Source: Candidatus Caldarchaeum sp. (GTDB lineage: Archaea; Thermoproteota; Nitrososphaeria_A; Caldarchaeales; Caldarchaeaceae). Taken from it: DNA of 64,000 nt. The notes beneath the pieces were generated by a model, which ran no database searches, was not told the origin of the DNA, and saw only the letters and a list, made by a program, of their open reading frames with translations. The translations under genes and the position numbers were made by a program. Shown piece after piece: positions 56,442-64,000 of the stretch; position 1 is the first letter of the stretch; each line of letters begins with the position of its first letter. The stretch spans positions 96,001 through 160,000 of the forward strand of contig JAVZZH010000002.1 in assembly GCA_038885755.1 (NCBI GenBank), written 5' to 3'.

Positions 56442-57839
56442 GTGGTGGAGTCTGGTTTTGGGCTCGCGCTGGTTTTAGGCGACTTGTGGATAGGTTCTAG
56501 CATGGTTTTGGCGTTCCTTTCCGTGATGCTGTTTGTAAGGAAGTTTGGGTCGAGGCTGGGATTTGGTTTTCTCAGATGGCTGGTTCTGGTTTGTTTGGCC
56601 GGCATATTCGCCAGCATGACCTCCAGCATTCTACTTTGGCTTGAACTTGTTGAACCGGGTGTTCCCTACCTGTATCTAAACCTTGTCTTCCGGATGTTCT
56701 TTTCAATATCCATCGCAGTACTAACTTCGTACATCGCTTACCAGTTCAACAAAGCCTCAATCAAAAACCTGAGACTGTATCTAATCGCTACCGCAGCTCT
56801 GCCGGCAATCACCGTACTATATCACCAGTTTAACCAGCACAAGGCCGTGGCACAACTGTTCACAGCGACGGAAATCCTATTGTTTGGGACCGTTTTCTGG
56901 CTCTTTTTATCATACGCATCAAGCCAAGTTTACTACATCGTAAAAGGTCTGGGCGACGGGTCTAAGTATTTTTTAGTTGCATCTTCTCTTTTCGCAGCCG
57001 TCGTAGCGCCATTTTTCAACTATGTGGTAGGAAATTATCTGTTCGGTGTTATTAGCTTTGAAGAGAATCTTGTTTGGCGTGCTGCCGTGCCGTTTGTCGG
57101 CTCTGTGAGCGCTGTCCTCCTGTTTATCGGGTCATGGTCGATGTGGCAGTTCATCAGACCAATCCACAAAAAATCAGAAACACGAATACTGACCGGTGTC
57201 GAAGGGCTTGACTCCGTTCTAGGCGGAGGAATACCGTACCCGGTTGCCATGCTAATTACAGGACCAGCTGGAGTCGGCAAAACAACTCTTGTAAACATTT
57301 TCGTCAAGACTAGGCTATCTGAGGGCGACACCGTCATAGTCATTTGCTATGACTGCGATGCCCAAACAGTAAGACAACATCTCAGCATTCAAGGTTTAAA
57401 CATCCTAGAGTTGGAAAAGCAGGGCAAACTTGTTCTGGTCGAGACTTTTATACAGTTATCAGGTAAACAACCCACGGAACGATACTCTTCGTCGAGGGAT
57501 TTGGGAGAACTAAGCTTGGTGATAACGAAGGTTCTCGAAGCCACGCCGACTGGTAGAAAATGGCTCGTAATGGATTCCCTGAACGGAATGGCTGAGAGCG
57601 GAGAGGAACGACTGCTGAAATTCGTTAGGATAACACTCGCAAAATGCAGAGCAGCCAACGCTGGAATAGTGGCGACGTTAAACAAGCAAGCTATTCAGCC
57701 AATATATGCAGCCATGCTGGAGGAATTGTTCGAGGGCATCATCGATGTTGAGATAAGGAGCGGAAGAAAAATTGAAAGAAGAGTTAGGGTTGTTAAGATG
57801 CCGTTTCAAGCCGATGTGCATCGATGGATTGATATATAG
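56442..57839 (+). CDS. Multi-TM (about 7) membrane domain fused to a KaiC/RAD55-like ATPase domain
   Basis: About 240 aa hydrophobic N-half, then TGVEGLDSVLGGGIP, Walker A GPAGVGKT, Walker B LVMDSL, LFEGII, RVVKM. Confidence 0.85.
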   Translation: MVESGFGLALVLGDLWIGSSMVLAFLSVMLFVRKFGSRLGFGFLRWLVLVCLAGIFASMTSSILLWLELVEPGVPYLYLNLVFRMFFSISIAVLTSYIAYQFNKASIKNLRLYLIATAALPAITVLYHQFNQHKAVAQLFTATEILLFGTVFWLFLSYASSQVYYIVKGLGDGSKYFLVASSLFAAVVAPFFNYVVGNYLFGVISFEENLVWRAAVPFVGSVSAVLLFIGSWSMWQFIRPIHKKSETRILTGVEGLDSVLGGGIPYPVAMLITGPAGVGKTTLVNIFVKTRLSEGDTVIVICYDCDAQTVRQHLSIQGLNILELEKQGKLVLVETFIQLSGKQPTERYSSSRDLGELSLVITKVLEATPTGRKWLVMDSLNGMAESGEERLLKFVRITLAKCRAANAGIVATLNKQAIQPIYAAMLEELFEGIIDVEIRSGRKIERRVRVVKMPFQADVHRWIDI

Positions 57840-57886
57840 GCGGGTTGGCAAGGTTTAAATCACAAAACACGAACCGTTAAACAGAC

Positions 57887-58342
57887 TTGACCTCTTACAG
57901 GTGGGCAGATTTACTGAAGCCCGTTCCACCCATAATAGGTGTGGTTTTACTCGCCACAGTCATCATCGCTTTCTGGCAGCATGAAGCTTCGATGGATGAC
58001 GTGATGCGGCATATGAATGGGTGGTCGATGCTCACCATGATGTTGTGGATGTATTTGCCGGTTATCGTCGTGTCAATCGCTCTCATCGCCTTCCCGCTAA
58101 TCCTCTACCTCTATCCAACGAGAGTTAGGGCCGAGGTGATGGGTTTGACCGAAGAGGAGAGGAAAGTGGTTGAGTTTCTCGTGGCTAGGGGAGGAGGAGC
58201 TGAGCAGAGGGAGATCGCCAAATCCCTCGGCCTATCCCGTCTCAAAACCCACCGCATAGTATCATCGCTCAAGAGACGTGAAGTCGTGGAGGTCAAGCCC
58301 CGAGGCAGGACAAACATCGTCACGTTGAAAAACATCAACTAG
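57887..58342 (+). CDS. Membrane-tethered winged-helix transcriptional regulator
   Basis: Two TMs around a Met/His loop (HEASMDDVMRHMNGWSM), then LTEEERKVV..L...GG..QREI...LGLSR.KTHRIV..L..R.VV...RGRTN.V. Confidence 0.85.
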   Translation: MTSYRWADLLKPVPPIIGVVLLATVIIAFWQHEASMDDVMRHMNGWSMLTMMLWMYLPVIVVSIALIAFPLILYLYPTRVRAEVMGLTEEERKVVEFLVARGGGAEQREIAKSLGLSRLKTHRIVSSLKRREVVEVKPRGRTNIVTLKNIN

Positions 58343-59021
58343 TCAAACAACCTCATTAAAGTGAGCGATTCATCGGAAGCATAGCTCCTCTGGAATAACC
58401 AGAAATACCCTCATACCCTTACAGAAATCATTAGATGTTTATAGCTTCTCATGGCCTGATATATAAGCTGGAAAGGGTTAGGTCGTTTAGACATGTCTAT
58501 TGGTTAACGTTATATATAAATGAGGTGGAGACCGGCAAAACCTGAAGCAACACAGTCCAAATGTGTCAGAAAGCATTACCAATTTTCACATTATGAAGGG
58601 AAAAATAGGGGAGGGTTTGGCTGGAGGCCACCAGCAAGAACATCAGAGAACCCCTGAAGAGAGAGGCCGGTACGTTGAACACGGTGTCATATATGGTAGT
58701 GGTAGACTACCATTAGCCTACCATACACGTTATAAACCGTCATACTAGCTTGGGGTTTTTCCCTGCTGTCTAAGCCGGTATGACTTCCAGCCCCTCTCTT
58801 TCGATGGTTCTTTTGTTTTTTGGATTGTTTGTAGCTGGTCTTTGGCTGTTGTTTTTGTTACTCTTTTGGAGATGATGGTAAGCCTCTGGAGCGCTTTGTG
58901 CCGGTCTCCGCTGAATCCCGTTTCATGCTTTTTCCCCTCCTCTTGTCGACTTTATATAGTCCAAGATAGTCTTTGATTTTCCTCATTCCTTTGTTGAAAT
59001 CTACGTATAGCATAATTTCTG

Positions 59022-59525
59022 TCAGAGCCTCTCTTGCAGACAGATAGTTCTGACACGCTGTAGGTAGCTCAGTCTCTCGAGGCTACGAAGAACCCTGCTC
59101 GACTGAGCGTTAGTCACGGTTCTGCCCAACTCGTCCATTGGACTCGTCCTGACCTCACTCCAGCTTTTACCACCGGTAGAGAAGCTTTTGAGGACGGCTA
59201 CGTATAGCTTAGACATGGATTTCAGCTTGAGCAGCTCCTGCCTCACGGTTTCCACGGCTTCGTCGACGATTGTGTTCAAAACTTCCTCACTGATTCTGTT
59301 GACGCTTCTCGTTCTATCAGCTACCTCGGCGCCGTAGAATGTAAGCCAGCCCATCACCCCCGTCGAAAACCTCCAAAGCCTTGTCAACCACCCAACCACC
59401 GACAACGACACCTTCCTGCTTAAAGCCCTCCACGAGAAAGCCTCTTGCCAAATTGTGGGAGAATATCTCGAGCTGGATGACCTTCCTTTATCTTCCGTAG
59501 ACGGATGAGCGCGCGTCGTCTAAGA
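59022..59525 (-). pseudogene. Archaeal AAA ATPase (ATPase_2/wHTH type) C-terminal remnant
   Basis: DDARSSVYGR*RKVIQLEIFS..LARGFL.EGF.Q.G with an internal stop, then GVMGWLTFYG...YVAVLK...WSEV...L..L..LSY; 5' half missing. Confidence 0.7.
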
Positions 59526-59526
59526 A

Positions 59527-60648
59527 TCATTTAAGCTTATTTTGTTCATGTAATAACTCTTGAATTTTTGTTAGATGAATTGAACCATATTTTTGCACAA
59601 CTTCGTAAAACTGTAGCTCATGTTCGTCAAGGTAAGGTATAATGTTGTGGACTGCCTCTCTATATTTCCTACTTATGTTGTTTATGCTTTCTTCCAACGT
59701 GTTTAACAAAAGGTCAATAGCTCCTCGAATTTGCTCTTCGTTTATAGCAAGAATGCTGGCGATTTGTTCTGCGTGGGCTGTATTGTGAGGAATTATTGGT
59801 TCTAACTCGAATGGGTGGAAAGGCAAAGTGTTTAAATGTTGTGTTTCATATTCCATTCTCTCGATGATTTCTGTGGTGAGTTTCTTGCCGGGCAATTGCC
59901 ATAATAGTGATATGGTTTGATAATAGCACAAAACTAGGTTTATGTAAGCTTCATATAATTGCCCAAGGGTCGTGTTTGATATGATATTTTGTGCTTGTCG
60001 TAATACGTGATAAATAAGTCTCAAATGGTCCCGCAAATAACGAGCGGCTTCAGATTTGACATACTGATTATAGATAATCTCGATTGAACGTTTAACTTCA
60101 TTTATGTAATATTTGTCTGAGTTCCCTAAACGGTATTTTGGTCTCGGGTGTTGGCACTGAAATTCTTCATAGTTTCCAACCCTTAGAGCACTATGTGAAA
60201 GCCCCGCTGAAGTTAAATTGGTAGACCCATAATACTTCCCATAATGGAAAATTCTTTCCGATGAACAAGCATGGTAAAATATAACGAACTTAGCATGGTT
60301 AAGAAACTGCCCACGAGGGTCGAATGCAACCACATAACAGCTACTACGAAGAGAATTAAGGGCACGCTGTTGCAAGCCTCTTACATTGCCCGTAAAGTAG
60401 TTAGGCACGTTCGTTCTTATTAGGCATATTACATTACGGGGTGATAAATGAACAGTGTTTGTAAGTTGGTTTATCAAATTTGTATTGTTATGAACTATTG
60501 ATGGTGAAATAATGAGACTCGATATATAGAAAATTGCAGTGAAATCATGTCTTTCGCTATGACATACATTTATTCTTGTTTCTGCTACATGAAGCATGTT
60601 CCATAAATTTTCCAAAGCGTTATTGCTTTGAGGCTGCTTGATGAGCAT
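59527..60648 (-). CDS. AT-rich PLD-superfamily (HKD-like) protein, putative nuclease
   Basis: LNHAKFVIF...YYGSTNLTSAGL...NYE single PLD half-site motif, then a helical C-terminus; start refined to ATG 60648 behind TATATATAA at about 60671-60680. Confidence 0.7.
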   Translation of the reverse strand: MLIKQPQSNNALENLWNMLHVAETRINVCHSERHDFTAIFYISSLIISPSIVHNNTNLINQLTNTVHLSPRNVICLIRTNVPNYFTGNVRGLQQRALNSLRSSCYVVAFDPRGQFLNHAKFVIFYHACSSERIFHYGKYYGSTNLTSAGLSHSALRVGNYEEFQCQHPRPKYRLGNSDKYYINEVKRSIEIIYNQYVKSEAARYLRDHLRLIYHVLRQAQNIISNTTLGQLYEAYINLVLCYYQTISLLWQLPGKKLTTEIIERMEYETQHLNTLPFHPFELEPIIPHNTAHAEQIASILAINEEQIRGAIDLLLNTLEESINNISRKYREAVHNIIPYLDEHELQFYEVVQKYGSIHLTKIQELLHEQNKLK

Positions 60649-60772
60649 GATTGTGACTAACGGAGGAAAGTTATATATATAACACTTTCTATACGGATTA
60701 AACAGCAGTTTCCATGTCGTTTGTTTCCTAGGAGGCCGTGCCTCCAGCCACCTCATGTGTCTGTGGTGGGTT

Positions 60773-61260
60773 ATGGAGTGTTTTGTTGGGGCTTCAGGCT
60801 GGTTTTATTCGTGGAACCCTGACGGTAGCCTCGACTGGTTTGTCAGAAACCCGGGGCTCAAAGCCGTCGAGCTTAACATGAGTTTCTACCGTTTTCCCTT
60901 CCCAAACATGCTTCGTTCGTGGGTTGTGAAGGTCGGTGGGCTGAGGTAGAGCATTAAGGTGGCCCGGCTGATAACCCACAACTACAAGTTCGGCGAGAAA
61001 GCTGAAAAGCTTTGGGAAAAAATTCAGAAAACTTTTCACACCACTGGTGCAGCAGATAGATTTTTATCTCTTTCAGCTCCCACCCACCATGACGCAAAAA
61101 CACCTACCAGTCATCATAGCTTTCATCGAGAAAAAGGGCTAGGCCGCAGGTTCGCCCTCGGGCCGCGAAACATCAAATGGTTTGACAAAACCGTCGTCGA
61201 GAAAATCGCCATGCATCAGCCTTGAGCTGATAGACACTATCACCTTGGACAGGTGATAGT
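60773..61260 (+). pseudogene. DUF72 family pseudogene
   Basis: FVGASGW.Y, AVELNMSFYRFP, in-frame TAG at 60947 (presumed TGG), IKV.RLITH, frameshift in the A6 run 61017-61022, then FYLFQLPP. Confidence 0.85.
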
Positions 61261-61329
61261 CGGCTGCAAACCTGAACTTCTGCAACTGCTGCAGAAGTGC
61301 TAAGACGCAACCCACGCCATCTCCTACCG

Positions 61330-62274
61330 TCAAGACTCCGTCATCAAACCGACAATCCTAAGCCAGTCGTCCTCGGTCAGAGTTCCGAACCTTTTCTCGT
61401 AAACAACCTCGCCATCCGTGTTTATGGCGATGATGGTCTCCTGCACGACTACACGAAGCGCAACTATCAGCTCAAGGCTGGGCTGTGAGACTATCCAGTC
61501 TCTCGGCGCGTTGTGTTGTTCGAGGAATCGCTGTATTTTAGCCGGTGTGTCGGCGGGGTCGAAGCCTGTGAGCAGAACCGTGGCCTTGCCGCGGAACCGA
61601 GGATACGCGTTGCCGAGTGTCGTGATGTTGCGGCTGCATGTAGGGCACCATGTTGCAAAGAAGACGAGTAGAACAGGCTTCCCCATCCCCAACACCTGCG
61701 ACACCGATGTAGGCTTTCCGTCGAGAAGCTTCAGCTCGATGCTGAAAGCAGACGAGTACTCGTCAGCGTGTCTATGCACGTCCACTCTTTCGACGGGTTT
61801 CAAGAATGCTTCGACTGCTTTGTCCCATCCGAAAACCTCTCCTCCATGACTCTTCGCAAACTCGATAGCGGAAGTCATAGACTTGAAGGCGATGTAGCCA
61901 TGCCTCATGGGTGTGTTTACGTCCGAGCCTTTGACAAACCATGCGGAGGATGCTTCAACAGCTTGGTCCACGTCGTAGCAGTTTACCAACACCTTCTCAA
62001 CCCTCGCCGCAGGCCACGTACCCTTGACGGGTTCGATCCTCCCTGTGAAGGAAAGGTAGTGTATAAGCATGCAGCCGACGTCGTCGTAGAAAAGCTGTTT
62101 ACCGTCCACGGTTAGTTGGGCCGCGAACTGTGTTCGCTCGATTTTCATGCCGCAGTAGCTGCATACACGAGCGTCAAGCCAAGGCGGCGTTCGTGGCAGC
62201 GATGTGTAGACGATGTAGGCGGCTCCTGCCGCTGCAGTGGCCAGCGCCGTGGATAGGAGGAGCCGTCTCTTCAT
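61330..62274 (-). CDS. NosL-like copper-binding domain fused to a TlpA/redoxin domain, with Tat-like signal
   Basis: MKRRLLLSTAL signal; CSYCGM, YDDVGCM, AWFV.GS...TPM.HG..AF (NosL); GKPVLLVFFATWCPTC (thioredoxin). Confidence 0.85.
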   Translation of the reverse strand: MKRRLLLSTALATAAAGAAYIVYTSLPRTPPWLDARVCSYCGMKIERTQFAAQLTVDGKQLFYDDVGCMLIHYLSFTGRIEPVKGTWPAARVEKVLVNCYDVDQAVEASSAWFVKGSDVNTPMRHGYIAFKSMTSAIEFAKSHGGEVFGWDKAVEAFLKPVERVDVHRHADEYSSAFSIELKLLDGKPTSVSQVLGMGKPVLLVFFATWCPTCSRNITTLGNAYPRFRGKATVLLTGFDPADTPAKIQRFLEQHNAPRDWIVSQPSLELIVALRVVVQETIIAINTDGEVVYEKRFGTLTEDDWLRIVGLMTES

Positions 62275-62281
62275 GGCTGGA

Positions 62282-62493
62282 CTAACCGTGTGGACCTACG
62301 CGTCTTCTTATAACCATTCCACCGCTCCACACCTCTTTACGACGGCTCTCTCCGGCTGAAAGACCACGCTCTGGTTTAGTGTCGTGGCCACCGATGTTGT
62401 TCCAACGGTTTTCTCGGAGCGTCGAGCTGGAAAGATGAAAAACTTAGGCGCTGAAGCCGCAACCGCTGGCAGGCCGGCGACAAGCTTTCTCAA
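62282..62493 (-). pseudogene. Plastocyanin/halocyanin-like cupredoxin remnant
   Basis: VFQPERAVVKRCGAVEWL*EDA*VHTVS corresponds to F.P..l.V..G.TV.W.N.D...HTVT with two in-frame stops. Confidence 0.6.
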
Positions 62494-62495
62494 GG

Positions 62496-63509
62496 CTATT
62501 CGAGGATAAACAGCCCTATCATGCCGGCGTCGGCGTGGCTGACGACGTGGCAGTGGAAGAGGTAGACTCCTGGCTGGTTGAGGACGTAGATTATGGTGTC
62601 GGCTGCGCCGGGAACGAGTGGAACTATTTGTGCGGGCCAGCTTCTTCCGCCGAGGACGTATTGGCTTCGGAGGTCTCCGACGTGAGCGTGGAAGCTGTGG
62701 TAGAGGTCTCCGATGTTTATGATGTGCAGCCTTATTCTTTCGCCTGCTTTCGCCTTGAAGACCGGCATGGATGTGTTGAACAGCTGCGACACGCCCTGCA
62801 GTCCTTTCAACTGTGGAAAGATCTTGCTCTGGCCTAGAAACACCAGCTCGAGCTCGTGCTCGCCGCCGGGAACACCCATGCCGTTCATGATGTAGAACGG
62901 CCGCTGGCCTGTACCTTCGATCGCACCCTTAACAGCAGGCGTCTCCGCCATAAAGATTACGAAGTTGCGGGACGGAGGCTCGTCGATTTCATCGACTATG
63001 ATGGCGCCGTAAAGCCCCATCAGCATGTGGTCAACTATTCTCAAACCGCCGTCGGCTGAGTGGCAGTGGTAATACCATATTCCAGGTTTAGAGGCGGGCC
63101 ATTCGTAGACCCATTCCCCGCCTGGCGGAATCATCGACCCGGCTCCGACGCCTGTGAGGATGTTGACCTGGCTGCCGTCGTGCTTAAGGTCGTAGTATGG
63201 GAGGTGTGGGTGGAGGCTGTGGGTCAGGTTGAGCTTGTTGATGGCCCTAATCCGGATGAGGTCGCCGACTTTGGCGTAGAGTGTAGGGCCTGGAATCGTT
63301 CCGTTATAAGTCCATGCGTTCCAGAAAACTCCCGGAGCTATCTCGATCCTCGCAGGCTCTATGAAGATCGTGTACTCGTGTACGTTGGCTTGCTGAGCTC
63401 TAGCTCCGAACAGGTTTGGGAAAACAGTCGGCGTCCAGAAAATAGCTGTGGCGTATCCTAGCAGGAATCCTGCGGATATCAGTCCAGCTAGAATGTAAGC
63501 GGTCTTCAT
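62496..63509 (-). CDS. Two-domain multicopper oxidase, membrane-anchored
   Basis: WTYNGTIPGPTL, HSLHPH, WYYHCH...DHMLMGL, HSFHAH, PGVYLFHCHVVSHADAGM. Confidence 0.9.
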   Translation of the reverse strand: MKTAYILAGLISAGFLLGYATAIFWTPTVFPNLFGARAQQANVHEYTIFIEPARIEIAPGVFWNAWTYNGTIPGPTLYAKVGDLIRIRAINKLNLTHSLHPHLPYYDLKHDGSQVNILTGVGAGSMIPPGGEWVYEWPASKPGIWYYHCHSADGGLRIVDHMLMGLYGAIIVDEIDEPPSRNFVIFMAETPAVKGAIEGTGQRPFYIMNGMGVPGGEHELELVFLGQSKIFPQLKGLQGVSQLFNTSMPVFKAKAGERIRLHIINIGDLYHSFHAHVGDLRSQYVLGGRSWPAQIVPLVPGAADTIIYVLNQPGVYLFHCHVVSHADAGMIGLFILE

Positions 63510-63575
63510 GTAGAGAGGCGGGGTCTGGCTGGAATATTACCTTGAGCGTCCCGGCTAGACAAATTCATTAGAAAC

Positions 63576-63591
63576 CCCTAACATATTAGGG
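63576..63591. promoter_or_regulatory. Inverted repeat CCCTAA-N4-TTAGGG between the MCO gene and a divergent regulator
   Basis: Perfect 6-bp arms 5 nt before the regulator ATG. Confidence 0.5.
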
Positions 63592-63596
63592 ATGTA

Positions 63597-64000
63597 ATGC
63601 TGGAGGCTGTGCTTAAGGTCAGGATAACATGTCCCTGGATGTCAGAGTTGAGTAAACACGCGCCGTCCTTCAAAATTCTAAGCTGCAGGCCCTGCTTCAA
63701 GCAAGACGGTGCTAGCGCAGTCATCACTTTGAAAAGCAGCGAAGACCCAAAAACTCTCCAGTCCATAGTCAAGAGAGTGCCCAACGTCGTGGAGGCGTCT
63801 TTCAGCAAAGTCGGTAAAAGCCGTGGAGTCGGGTTCGTAAAATCCCTCCAGTGTCCGTGCAGCAAGCTAGGGATAAATTACAGCCATGTTCTGAAGATTT
63901 CAGTCGAAGACTGGGGAATGACGTTCCACCTACTCGTGCACAACAAGCAGGAACTCAACGAGTTCCTCACCAGAATCAAAAACACAGGCACAGCCTTCAG
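63597..64000 (+). CDS. Probable HTH_10-family regulator N-terminus (runs off window end)
   Basis: Manual translation MLEAVLKVRITCPWMSELSKHAPSFKILSCRPCFKQ...LQCPCSKLG..., open to the window end; same start and Cys layout as 281..928; the HTH itself is not visible. Confidence 0.65.
   Translation, partial: MLEAVLKVRITCPWMSELSKHAPSFKILSCRPCFKQDGASAVITLKSSEDPKTLQSIVKRVPNVVEASFSKVGKSRGVGFVKSLQCPCSKLGINYSHVLKISVEDWGMTFHLLVHNKQELNEFLTRIKNTGTAF

Noticed and set aside
60947-60949. TAG readthrough (pyrrolysine) in the DUF72 gene
   Set aside because: Simple TGG-to-TAG change with a downstream frameshift as well; no pyl genes in the window
61330-62274. Nitrous oxide reductase cluster
   Set aside because: Only a NosL-like domain is present; no nosZ, nosD, nosF or nosY in the window
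62496-63509. Copper nitrite reductase NirK
   Set aside because: HSLHPH replaces HNIDFH and all T2/T3 His pairs are present, which fits an oxidase
63578-63865. 95-aa minus-strand ORF
   Set aside because: Antisense to the better-supported + strand regulator ORF starting at 63597

Overview
Archaeal chromosomal DNA of roughly 50-55% GC (estimated by eye). PolD large subunit, Alba, Sec61-beta, the archaeal ADH-synthase/DHQ-synthase-II shikimate route, pantoate kinase and an archaeal initiator tRNA point to a TACK-type archaeon, most plausibly Aigarchaeota (Caldiarchaeum-like); the taxon is an inference. About 2-53 kb is mostly housekeeping: Moco/W-cofactor genes (fdhD, two moeA), an ABC exporter, PolD DP2 with a KaiC/RAD55 ATPase and two DNA glycosylases, hisD, trm5, copA, asd plus six shikimate genes, rps12, sdhACDB, a tRNA thiolase, GAPN, lysC and hom. 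It also holds tRNA-Ala(TGC), tRNA-iMet and many decayed gene fragments. About 53-64 kb is an accessory copper/redox island. There a cupredoxin and Met/His-rich envelope genes sit divergent from a multi-TM sensor fused to a degenerate KaiC-like domain and a membrane-tethered wHTH regulator, with a shared motif upstream of the target promoters. An AT-rich PLD-family gene lies among pseudogenes, followed by a NosL-thioredoxin fusion and a two-domain multicopper oxidase with type-1 Cu ligands in both domains. The best candidate for an undescribed system is this kinase-free copper/envelope sensing module with its copper-protein targets. All calls come from reading motifs; no database search was run.
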